From: a virus
DNA: 64,000 bases
IMG/VR virus record: IMGVR_UViG_3300034101_003783
Span: 1-64,000 of that record
Direction: 5' to 3' (one strand)
The position numbers and the translations under genes were made by a program. Position 1 is the stretch's first letter; the number at the start of each line of letters is the position of its first letter. The notes beneath the pieces are model-generated. The model saw only the letters and a list, made by a program, of their open reading frames with translations. It did no database searches and was not told the DNA's origin. Positions 31,573 through 39,870 of the stretch are shown here, in pieces.

Positions 31573-31890
31573 ATGAATAGATATAATCAAAAAAAAATAG
31601 AAAGTCTTGTTAGAAGAATAGTAAGAGAAGAAGAAGAATCTTTTGATCTTAAAAAAACTGTTATGGATACCGCTCAATTTGAGGAAGAAGATATACCAGC
31701 CGAGTGTACTGATGATCCAAGTAAACCGAGGATTGAAAATATCCAAGCTTGTATTAACAAAATAACTGAAAAATCAACCGCACTTAATAATGCAATTAAA
31801 GCATTATCTGATTCACTTAATAAAGCAAAAACTGAGGCAAGTTCAGTACAGACAGAGTCAAGAAGATATAGAAGTAGATATAGATACTAA
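31573..31890 (+). CDS. Hypothetical protein, possibly head-internal; basic C-terminal tail
   Basis: RRIVREE N-terminal motif, ends TESRRYRSRYRY; TATTTAT upstream. Confidence 0.7.
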   Translation: MNRYNQKKIESLVRRIVREEEESFDLKKTVMDTAQFEEEDIPAECTDDPSKPRIENIQACINKITEKSTALNNAIKALSDSLNKAKTEASSVQTESRRYRSRYRY

Positions 31891-31908
31891 AAAAATATAT
31901 AAATTATT

Positions 31909-31935
31909 AACCCCACTTTATAGGTGGGGTTTTTT
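31909..31935 (+). terminator. Rho-independent terminator
   Basis: aaccccac-tttatag-gtggggtt followed by a T-run. Confidence 0.85.
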
Positions 31936-32006
31936 ATTTATTTTAATTTTATCTAAATTATCTTGTTAAAAGATGAGGTTTAATAAAAATTAAAAAAAAT
32001 AAAGTT

Positions 32007-32378
32007 ATGGAAACAGTTATATTAATATCAGTTTTATCTACTTTGGGTGTGGTTGCGGTTGTAACATCAGTTGTGGTCATGTTTTCAAAGATAAAAGATA
32101 AGGTTGGTAAAAATACTTTTTTTACTGAAGTTAAATCATTTCATGATTATATTGATCATATTGAAAGGGAAAGAAAGCACTCACTTGGTGAGATAAACAA
32201 TCGTATTAATGATCTACATAAAGATTTATCAATTAAATTAAACAACTATAGTGACGAAGTTGATAGACGATTTACAGATTTAGAAAGACTAACTAAATTT
32301 GACATTTCAAATCTATCAAGTCATATAGATTCGCGTTGTGATAAATTAGACGCAAAAATTAAAGAACACAAAAAATAA
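32007..32378 (+). CDS. Membrane-anchored coiled-coil protein
   Basis: Hydrophobic N-terminal helix (VILISVLSTLGVVAVVTSVVVMF), then heptad-rich region. Confidence 0.75.
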   Translation: METVILISVLSTLGVVAVVTSVVVMFSKIKDKVGKNTFFTEVKSFHDYIDHIERERKHSLGEINNRINDLHKDLSIKLNNYSDEVDRRFTDLERLTKFDISNLSSHIDSRCDKLDAKIKEHKK

Positions 32379-32400
32379 AAAAATATAACCTCATCTAAAT

Positions 32401-32429
32401 AAACCCCATTTTAAAAGATGGGGTTTTTT
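32401..32429 (+). terminator. Rho-independent terminator
   Basis: aaaccccat / atggggttt stem plus T-run. Confidence 0.85.
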
Positions 32430-32452
32430 AATTAATTTGATATTTATCTTTA

Positions 32453-34585
32453 ATGAAAGTTACTTTTAAAAATATTGGGGCCAATATAGACACTAAAAAA
32501 AAAGAATTATTAAAAAAATTTTGTAAGTTTTTACAAAAAAATTATGGATTAAAAAATGATTTAACGATTACTTTTGTTGGTGAAAGAATTGGTAGAATGA
32601 CAACAGGTAGTCAGCATAAAGAAAAAGGTATTAAAGTCTTAGTTAACAATAGAATGAATAGAGACATTCTAAGAACTCTGTCACATGAGTGGATTCATTC
32701 TTATCAAAGAAATGTTATTGGCAGAGAAAGAGGTCCAGATATTGGAGGTAAAAATGAAGACGAAGCTAATGCGTTGTCGGGATCTTTAATAAAAAAGTTT
32801 GAAAAGGAAAACCCTGATTTAGAGGATATAATTTTTGAAGGTTTTAAACCAATACATAAAAAATTAGAATTAATTAAAGAAGAAATATTAATACAAGATA
32901 AGAAAAAAATTAAGAGTGATTTTATCTTAGAGATGAAGAAAATAGGTATTGATAAATTACCGTACTCATATTCGGCAATAAAACAATTTGTTGATCCTAA
33001 AACAATGGATATTCACTATAATAAACATTACAAAGGTTATGTAAAAAAATTAAATGATGCCTTATCTAAAAAAAATTATGGTGATTTAGATTTAGAAGAT
33101 ATTATAAAATCAATAAGTAAATACGACGATACTATTAGAAATAATGCAGGGGGAGCATTTAATCACGCATTATTTTGGAAAATGTTATCCCCTAAAAAAC
33201 AAATACCAAAAGGTGAGATCCTTAAAAAAATTACGGGTCAATATGGTAACATAAAAAAAATGAAAGACGAATTTAACGAAGTTGCAAAAAAAAGATTTGG
33301 GTCTGGTTGGGCTTGGTTAATTTTAACAAAAAATAATACTTTAAAAGTCATCTCAACACCAAATCAAGATAATCCACTTATGAATGTAATTAAGGGTGGT
33401 GGTTTTCCACTTTTAGGACTTGATCTTTGGGAACATGCTTATTATTTAAAATACCAAAATAAAAGAGACGAATATATAAAAAAGTTTTGGAATTATGTTA
33501 ATTGGGATTTTGTTAATGATCTTTTTATAAAAAAAACAAATAAAAAACCTTTAGATGAGTCTGTTAAAAATAAAAAATTAATAACTGAAAAAAAAGAAGT
33601 TTTTCCATTAACACCTACATCATTTAAAAATATTATTAATAAAGTTTATCCTATATGTGAAGGGAATACATATATGGATGGATGTTTAGGTAAAATAGAA
33701 ACAGATGATTGTAAAACAGATGAGGGAGTTATTGGTGGTAATTTCACAGAACAAAACTATGGTGGTATCGGTAATTGGTCGATCATAAATAGATTTGACA
33801 CAAATAGTTCTGTACATAAAGAAATACAGAAAATATGGATAGAAGAAACTGATGGTTTAGATAATTTTAGAGGATGGATTTTAAATAATATAAAAGATTT
33901 AGTTGGTAATGAAGGTAGATTTACTGAAAGGTTAGTTAGATTAAATAGTCAGATAATATTAGATGGTAGAGCAAATGAAAATTACGCAAAAAGTGTTTTG
34001 ATACGATCCTTTAAATTAAACCCAGAAGAGGAAAATTTAACTTGGAAAATAAATGAACGGTGTGCTGGTGATACAAGAGATAGAAAATTAGGTCAAGATT
34101 TTGATGTTATTATTGATAACATTTCTTACTTTATTCAAGTAAAACCAACTGTTTATACCTCCATAGAAAAATATGGTTCAGAAAGAGGTTATTATTATAA
34201 GGTACCTTCTTGGCATAATCACAGTAAATACAAAGAACAAAATGTTGATATAATTTTGTATGTTGATAAACAAAATGAAAAATATATAATGTTTAGAAAC
34301 GACTACACAAGAATCCAAACTGTTGCAAATCCATCAACTTTTCCTAAATTTTATGTTATATATTATGAAAACCCATTAAAAAGTAATATGGAATTTGAGG
34401 TAAAATTAGAAAAAGAATCAACAGAAAAAAAACCTAAATTACAAAGAGATGTTGATAAAGAAATTGAGTACTTTAAAGAAAGAATTCAATATTATAAAGA
34501 CAAACTAAAAGAGTTAGGACATTCTGATGAAATAAATGAAATGATTAATCATTATAGAAAAGAATTAAAAGAACTTATTAATTAA
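32453..34585 (+). CDS. Multidomain protein: HEXXH metallopeptidase-like domain + Fe/Mn superoxide dismutase + PD-(D/E)xK-like C-terminal domain
   Basis: RTLSHEWIH..Q and EDEANA; SOD motifs LPYSY, HYNKH, GGAFNHALFW, GSGWAWL, NQD, DLWEHAYY; C-terminal D.D....IQVKP. Confidence 0.85.
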   Translation: MKVTFKNIGANIDTKKKELLKKFCKFLQKNYGLKNDLTITFVGERIGRMTTGSQHKEKGIKVLVNNRMNRDILRTLSHEWIHSYQRNVIGRERGPDIGGKNEDEANALSGSLIKKFEKENPDLEDIIFEGFKPIHKKLELIKEEILIQDKKKIKSDFILEMKKIGIDKLPYSYSAIKQFVDPKTMDIHYNKHYKGYVKKLNDALSKKNYGDLDLEDIIKSISKYDDTIRNNAGGAFNHALFWKMLSPKKQIPKGEILKKITGQYGNIKKMKDEFNEVAKKRFGSGWAWLILTKNNTLKVISTPNQDNPLMNVIKGGGFPLLGLDLWEHAYYLKYQNKRDEYIKKFWNYVNWDFVNDLFIKKTNKKPLDESVKNKKLITEKKEVFPLTPTSFKNIINKVYPICEGNTYMDGCLGKIETDDCKTDEGVIGGNFTEQNYGGIGNWSIINRFDTNSSVHKEIQKIWIEETDGLDNFRGWILNNIKDLVGNEGRFTERLVRLNSQIILDGRANENYAKSVLIRSFKLNPEEENLTWKINERCAGDTRDRKLGQDFDVIIDNISYFIQVKPTVYTSIEKYGSERGYYYKVPSWHNHSKYKEQNVDIILYVDKQNEKYIMFRNDYTRIQTVANPSTFPKFYVIYYENPLKSNMEFEVKLEKESTEKKPKLQRDVDKEIEYFKERIQYYKDKLKELGHSDEINEMINHYRKELKELIN

Positions 34586-34593
34586 ATCTAAGA

Positions 34594-34600
34594 TATTTAT
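34594..34600 (+). promoter_or_regulatory. TATTTAT element upstream of the neck protein gene
   Basis: agaTATTTATata, 15 nt before ATG. Confidence 0.55.
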
Positions 34601-34615
34601 ATAAAAACAATCAAC

Positions 34616-35740
34616 ATGTCAATAATAAGTAACGAAGAAAGAGAAAGGTTATATACAAGAGTTAGACATATCTTGGGAGCTCCATTAAGATCTGTGGAAT
34701 TAGAAGATGAACAACTAGATACTCTTCTTGAATTCTCAATTGAGGATTACTCACAATATGTTCAGGATTGGCTAACTGAAAGTCAATGGTCAAACCTTTG
34801 GGGTTTAAACGTTGAGACTCAATCGTTGTCTAGGGCTTTTATGACAAAAAGTTTAGACTATGAGACAAGATATACATATGCCTATTCAAAAATAGTAGGA
34901 CTACAAGCCGGAGGGGATTGGGTTTTAAAGAAAGACTATATACAATTACAGGCAAAACAACAAATTTATGAAATACCTGCAGGAAGAGAATTAAATGAAT
35001 TACTTTGGTTTACACCACCTGAGATGAATAATTTATTATTTGATCCTTGGGCTTTTGGGGGTATTGCGGGTGGGGGTATTTCAGGACCAGCAGGATACGC
35101 TCAGGTTGGTAATGTATCGGGAAGTTACTTTTTAATGCCGGCATTTGATATGTTATTAAGAATGCAAGAGATAAATATCCAAAGAAGGATAATTGCAGGA
35201 GATCTTACATATAGAGTTACCGCTTTACCTGACGGTAAAAAGGCGATTCATTTAATGAACACTCCTGGTGGTAAATTTGACTTTGGTAACTCAACTTTAA
35301 TGAGAGGTAAAGTTTGGTATTGGTATTATGATACTAATGATGGTGATAGAGATAAATGTTTAAAAGATAATCCTGATATAATTAAATTACCGTCAGATGT
35401 TCCATTTGATAAATTATCTTGGGATGATCTTAATAATCCAGCCCAAATTTGGGTTAGAAGATGGTTCGTTGCTTCGGCAAAAGAATTACTATCAAAGGTT
35501 AGAGGTAAATTTAGTGGTAATCTTAAAACACCTGATGGAGATTTAACTATGGAATATGCAACTTTAGCCACTGAAGGTAAAGATGAAAAGACAAAATTAA
35601 TAGAAGAGTTAACAGGGGCTGAAGGTAAATTAACAAGATTAAGACCTGATAAAGTTATGGAGAGGGAAGCTTTAATTGCCGAAAACCTAAACAAGTCTCT
35701 TAAGTTTAGAGCCATGCCAAGACAAATTTATGTAATATGA
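34616..35740 (+). CDS. Neck / head-tail adaptor protein (gp13-like)
   Basis: LGAP.RSVELEDEQ N-terminus; W.RR...A.AKELL..VRGKF.G...P.G C-terminus. Confidence 0.75.
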   Translation: MSIISNEERERLYTRVRHILGAPLRSVELEDEQLDTLLEFSIEDYSQYVQDWLTESQWSNLWGLNVETQSLSRAFMTKSLDYETRYTYAYSKIVGLQAGGDWVLKKDYIQLQAKQQIYEIPAGRELNELLWFTPPEMNNLLFDPWAFGGIAGGGISGPAGYAQVGNVSGSYFLMPAFDMLLRMQEINIQRRIIAGDLTYRVTALPDGKKAIHLMNTPGGKFDFGNSTLMRGKVWYWYYDTNDGDRDKCLKDNPDIIKLPSDVPFDKLSWDDLNNPAQIWVRRWFVASAKELLSKVRGKFSGNLKTPDGDLTMEYATLATEGKDEKTKLIEELTGAEGKLTRLRPDKVMEREALIAENLNKSLKFRAMPRQIYVI

Positions 35741-36081
35741 CAAATATACCTCAAAGAAAAAATGTTATTAAATATCAAACATCAATTGATATCCCTAAAG
35801 AAAATGATAAAGCGTTGATCATTTCTAAAGAACAATATATAACAAATGATGAAACCTTATTAATTGTAAGATCTGTTAGTAATTCTGAAGTTACATTAAA
35901 TTCTAATGTGACAAAAAGAATAGTTATAAAATCTTTAACCTCAGTTTTAGTTAAACCTGACTTAGGGTCAATTGATGAAGAATGGGATGAATTACTTTTA
36001 GAAAAAGGATCTTGCGTTCAATTCCAATTTGTACAAGGTAATTGGTACATACTTTCATCTGATGGGTTAAAAATGTCTTAA
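35737..36081 (+). CDS. Hypothetical beta-rich virion protein
   Basis: 114 aa, coupled to the neck gene; ends F....WYILSS like fibre/adaptor domains. Confidence 0.65.
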   Translation: MTNIPQRKNVIKYQTSIDIPKENDKALIISKEQYITNDETLLIVRSVSNSEVTLNSNVTKRIVIKSLTSVLVKPDLGSIDEEWDELLLEKGSCVQFQFVQGNWYILSSDGLKMS

Positions 36082-38876
36082 ACCAATTCCTCCCAACCAG
36101 GTTCTGCAAAATTATAAATATAATTAGGGTCAATCCCTACCTTTTCCCAAAACTCAACTTCACCTTCTTCCATTTTCATTAAATGATCATCAAGGTCATC
36201 TTGATCCTTTTCTTCAAAAGGAACCCCATTTATAAGTTCACACTGTTCTTTTGTGAAGAATACTCTATCTTCAGGGTTCTTAGCTAACAAACCATCTCTT
36301 ACTTCTTCTTTAAAAACAATAAGTAAAGGTTCAACCCTTTTATTAAATGTTGCTATCGCTCTTTGTATATTATACTCGCCTAACATGTCAGGATTGTTTT
36401 CAATATCGAACGGGTTTAACATGTAGGAATTTAATTGGATTATTGAATCCCAACTATTGTTAGGGTAAGTACCGTAACTTTCATAATAACTATCTAATTG
36501 TTCTTGTGCCCATCCTTTCTTTGGTTTATTCACTTTTTGTACATCCCCATGTGAAGCCTTTGTTCCATTATTAACATAATAAATAATATCACCAAGATTC
36601 ACATTAAGTCCATCTCGTATCGCAAGTTCCATGTGAGCCTGTCTTGACATAAGAGCACCTGCCTTAGTTGTTTGTTTACTTCTTTTAATGTAGTCGTCTA
36701 TTGTTTGTTTTACTTTTGATTTAGATGCAATCTGAACAAGAGGCACCTTCTGATCAAATATTTTTTGTAGGTATTCATAATAGTACTCAATAAATTCTTG
36801 ACCTTTACCCTCAAGTAATAATCTAATTCCTTTATCTAAAAATAACTCAATATATTTTGGCATTTTTTTAGATTTAATTGAGTTTCCTGTTAATTTAATT
36901 TTACCGTTATGTTCTAATGTCGCATAGTTTTTACGAGCAAGGTTAATACAAGAACTCCATGTACCGTCACAATCAAGACCCATTTCACCTTTCATAAATG
37001 TGTCATTGAACTCTGCAACATCCGCATCATAACCCTTGTATTCCTTACCTTCCTTAACTAACCAATTTAACCCTTTTCCAATATAAATACGATCATCAAC
37101 CCCACTTTCTGGCAATGAAAAGTTCATACCGTCAGTATCACACACAAGTGGTGTGTATCCTCTTTTAACAAAGAATTTTAACATCTGACGTAGATATTGC
37201 CTTCCCGTACACGTAATCTGTTCACCCATATCAATGTCCCCCCACGGAAACACTTGAGGGGCTGACAATGAGCCAAAGAATGCGTTAATAAAGATTTTAA
37301 TAGGTAATTGTTTTCTATCGTAAGATAATGATTTTTTCTTATCAATTCCTTTATATTCTGATGCTAAATTTTTATACATAATACGAGTACTACGAAAATA
37401 CGTAAGCAATCCTTTCATCGCCCCTGTAATGTCACATTCAGGAAATACATCATGTACTAATTGTATTGATGGATAAAGAGAAGAATAGTCAAGTTTTAAT
37501 ACGTCTTTTGAGTACCCTGTTTTTAACAGTCTTGATAATCCGCCAACAAATCTTCTTTGTTCTTTTTTCTTTGGGATTGCAAGCCCAAATTTGTATGACC
37601 ATGCAAGCATTATCATTTTCCATAATGTTGCGGTACCCATAGTTGATACTCTCTCATATGTTGTTGGAACGAGTGATGCTAATAGGAATGTACCTTGATT
37701 GAACTCGTCATCGACAACCAAAGTCTCCTCAAGGTCATCGTCAAGATATCTCTCTACCAAATCATCTCCTGTAGTTTTAATATAAATGTCAGACCTTCTT
37801 TCACATACCTCATCTACTTTTTCACTATCACCAACTCTTTTATATTTACCATTTTCTATGTTTAACCAAAATTCATTTTTTTCGGCGTACATAGGACCAA
37901 TCTTATTGTGGTCAATATAAATACGATCTTTAGCCTCAGCATCAATATATTTTGTAATATATTTCAAACCCGCCTCTTTTATGTTTGAATTAATTGCCTG
38001 AGCTCTACGAACTGAGTGTATAATATCAATCACATTATAACCCCACAACTGAACTTGATTGTATTTCTCAACTTCATTTGCAAGTTTTAACATTGATTCC
38101 TTTTGAGAGATGGTTCTGTTTGGGTTTAATGATTTGGCAATTTTTTTAATATCAAGATTTAAAGCCTTACATCTTTCAAATATCCAATACCAGTCAAAGT
38201 TTGCTGAATTGTATCCTGAAATTATTGATGGTTTTAATTCGTCTATTGTGTTAAAGAACTCAACAAGTCCCCTTCTTTCTTCATCTTCATTTTTACATTC
38301 GATGACTTTAAGAAATCCTTTATTTGTTTTCATTCCAATCATAAAGATACGACCGTCTTTTGGTTCTAATGAGGTCGTCTCAAGGTCAAATCCAAATCTA
38401 GTAATATCGTTATATTCCTCAAACCCTTTAAAAAGTCTTTTTTCTTTAGATATTAAATACTGTTCAACAGGAGGTAACATCAAGAACTTATCTTTTGTTT
38501 TTTCTCCCCAAGGATCTATCCCACCATCACGAAAAAATTGTGTTAGAGCTCGATATCCTTTCATAGATTTAACCATAAAAGTTAATCCCTCTTCTAATCT
38601 TTTATTATTATCTGTTCTAAGTTTATCTATTATAATCCCATACTTAGACATTGCCTCTTTTTGTAAAGCTTTTGATCCTTGGTAAAAATTTAAACCTTTT
38701 AGATCACCAACCCAAGCGAAAGCAATAAGACTATCCCTAACAATTGATTTACCTTTACCTGGAACTTCTTTGATTTTATAAATGTGGTCTGATACGTAAT
38801 CAAACTCAATAGCAACTATGTGCTCTTCAGGATCGTTTCCTTCAAGGAAACTTTTAATTTCTTCTTGTGATATCAT
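36078..38876 (-). CDS. Family B DNA polymerase (likely start MISQEE at 38876)
   Basis: Exo I DLETT, Exo II YNSANFD, Pol A DYSSLYPS, Pol B KIFINAFFG, Pol C DTDG, KNYA. Confidence 0.95.
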   Translation of the reverse strand: MISQEEIKSFLEGNDPEEHIVAIEFDYVSDHIYKIKEVPGKGKSIVRDSLIAFAWVGDLKGLNFYQGSKALQKEAMSKYGIIIDKLRTDNNKRLEEGLTFMVKSMKGYRALTQFFRDGGIDPWGEKTKDKFLMLPPVEQYLISKEKRLFKGFEEYNDITRFGFDLETTSLEPKDGRIFMIGMKTNKGFLKVIECKNEDEERRGLVEFFNTIDELKPSIISGYNSANFDWYWIFERCKALNLDIKKIAKSLNPNRTISQKESMLKLANEVEKYNQVQLWGYNVIDIIHSVRRAQAINSNIKEAGLKYITKYIDAEAKDRIYIDHNKIGPMYAEKNEFWLNIENGKYKRVGDSEKVDEVCERRSDIYIKTTGDDLVERYLDDDLEETLVVDDEFNQGTFLLASLVPTTYERVSTMGTATLWKMIMLAWSYKFGLAIPKKKEQRRFVGGLSRLLKTGYSKDVLKLDYSSLYPSIQLVHDVFPECDITGAMKGLLTYFRSTRIMYKNLASEYKGIDKKKSLSYDRKQLPIKIFINAFFGSLSAPQVFPWGDIDMGEQITCTGRQYLRQMLKFFVKRGYTPLVCDTDGMNFSLPESGVDDRIYIGKGLNWLVKEGKEYKGYDADVAEFNDTFMKGEMGLDCDGTWSSCINLARKNYATLEHNGKIKLTGNSIKSKKMPKYIELFLDKGIRLLLEGKGQEFIEYYYEYLQKIFDQKVPLVQIASKSKVKQTIDDYIKRSKQTTKAGALMSRQAHMELAIRDGLNVNLGDIIYYVNNGTKASHGDVQKVNKPKKGWAQEQLDSYYESYGTYPNNSWDSIIQLNSYMLNPFDIENNPDMLGEYNIQRAIATFNKRVEPLLIVFKEEVRDGLLAKNPEDRVFFTKEQCELINGVPFEEKDQDDLDDHLMKMEEGEVEFWEKVGIDPNYIYNFAEPGWEELV

Positions 38877-38967
38877 ATAATTATTTAAGTTTGGTTTATT
38901 AACTGTCATACAAAGATGACATTTACCTTACTTTTATAAGTATATGTTTTGAAAATATTTAAGTCAA

Positions 38968-39519
38968 TTACCTTTTAGAAATTGGTACTGAATTATATAA
39001 TGTTTTCCCAAAAAAACTTTTATTTTTCATAGAAAATTCATTTCTAATTTTATTAGATTTAAATTTTTTTTCTATGATCATTTGAACAAAGTTATTGGCT
39101 TTATTCGCATCAACTTTATTAAGTTCTTTACCGTCATAACCAACTAATTGTAAGTTTTCTCTTACTTTATTATCAGGGTTTTTAACTTCTCTTGTTCTTA
39201 TTTGATCTATTATTTTTGTAGCAATATCACCCCTTTTTATTTCGGTTTCAAACTCATCTATTTTTTTATAACCGGACTCAATAATATTTTGTAATTCTTC
39301 AGATCTTTTTTTACTTATTTCGTCTTCTTTACCAATTAAAGAATTAAATTCTTTTCTATCCTTATTAAGTTTTTTATTAATATTGTTGTAAGACTTTAAT
39401 TCTTTATTTATTAATTCGTCTATCTCAATAATTACAAGTTCATCAACACCTCTAAATGCAAAAGTAGGGTGTGTTCTTCTTGTTTCTTTCATCTCATCTA
39501 ATCTTATTTTTGCTTCCAT
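38968..39519 (-). CDS. Hypothetical Lys/Glu-rich protein
   Basis: 183-aa ORF, co-directional with the fibre operon. Confidence 0.65.
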   Translation of the reverse strand: MEAKIRLDEMKETRRTHPTFAFRGVDELVIIEIDELINKELKSYNNINKKLNKDRKEFNSLIGKEDEISKKRSEELQNIIESGYKKIDEFETEIKRGDIATKIIDQIRTREVKNPDNKVRENLQLVGYDGKELNKVDANKANNFVQMIIEKKFKSNKIRNEFSMKNKSFFGKTLYNSVPISKR

Positions 39520-39525
39520 AATTTT

Positions 39526-39870
39526 TTAATTATATACTCTTATTTCTATTGATACGTTATCTAATAAACCGTTTGTTTTTACTCCTGAAATGTTTTGAGT
39601 TCCAACATTAATTACATTATCACTTAATCTTCTTATTTTAATGAAAGCAATATCTATTGGTGTTATAAAAAGCATTGTCTTTCCTGAAACAAAATCGTTA
39701 TTTGTTGATGTTAATAAATACTCCCCTGTACTATCATATGTCCAAGTCATAGTAGACACAAAAGTATTATCTAACACAGTTACTGATGGTGGGGATGTTC
39801 CTACTTGACTTAAATTTGCAACATAAGTCTTATATGTATTATTACTTGATGTTATATATTTTGTTGACAT
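39526..39870 (-). CDS. Small beta-sandwich fibre-associated protein
   Basis: YVANLSQVGTSPP..TVLDNT, TGEY, ends IEIRVYN; coupled to the fibre gene. Confidence 0.65.
   Translation of the reverse strand: MSTKYITSSNNTYKTYVANLSQVGTSPPSVTVLDNTFVSTMTWTYDSTGEYLLTSTNNDFVSGKTMLFITPIDIAFIKIRRLSDNVINVGTQNISGVKTNGLLDNVSIEIRVYN

Noticed and set aside
38110-38685. 191-aa plus-strand ORF and other short antisense/alternate-frame ORFs in the track (e.g. 2046..2345, 17815..18189, 22088..22387, 35326..35715, 45284..45622, 49859..50146)
   Set aside because: They lie within well-supported genes on the opposite strand or frame and have no recognisable motifs
199-38876. Inteins or introns in nrdJ, helicase, recombinase or polB
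   Set aside because: Lengths and motif spacing are normal; no splice-junction or homing endonuclease motifs seen
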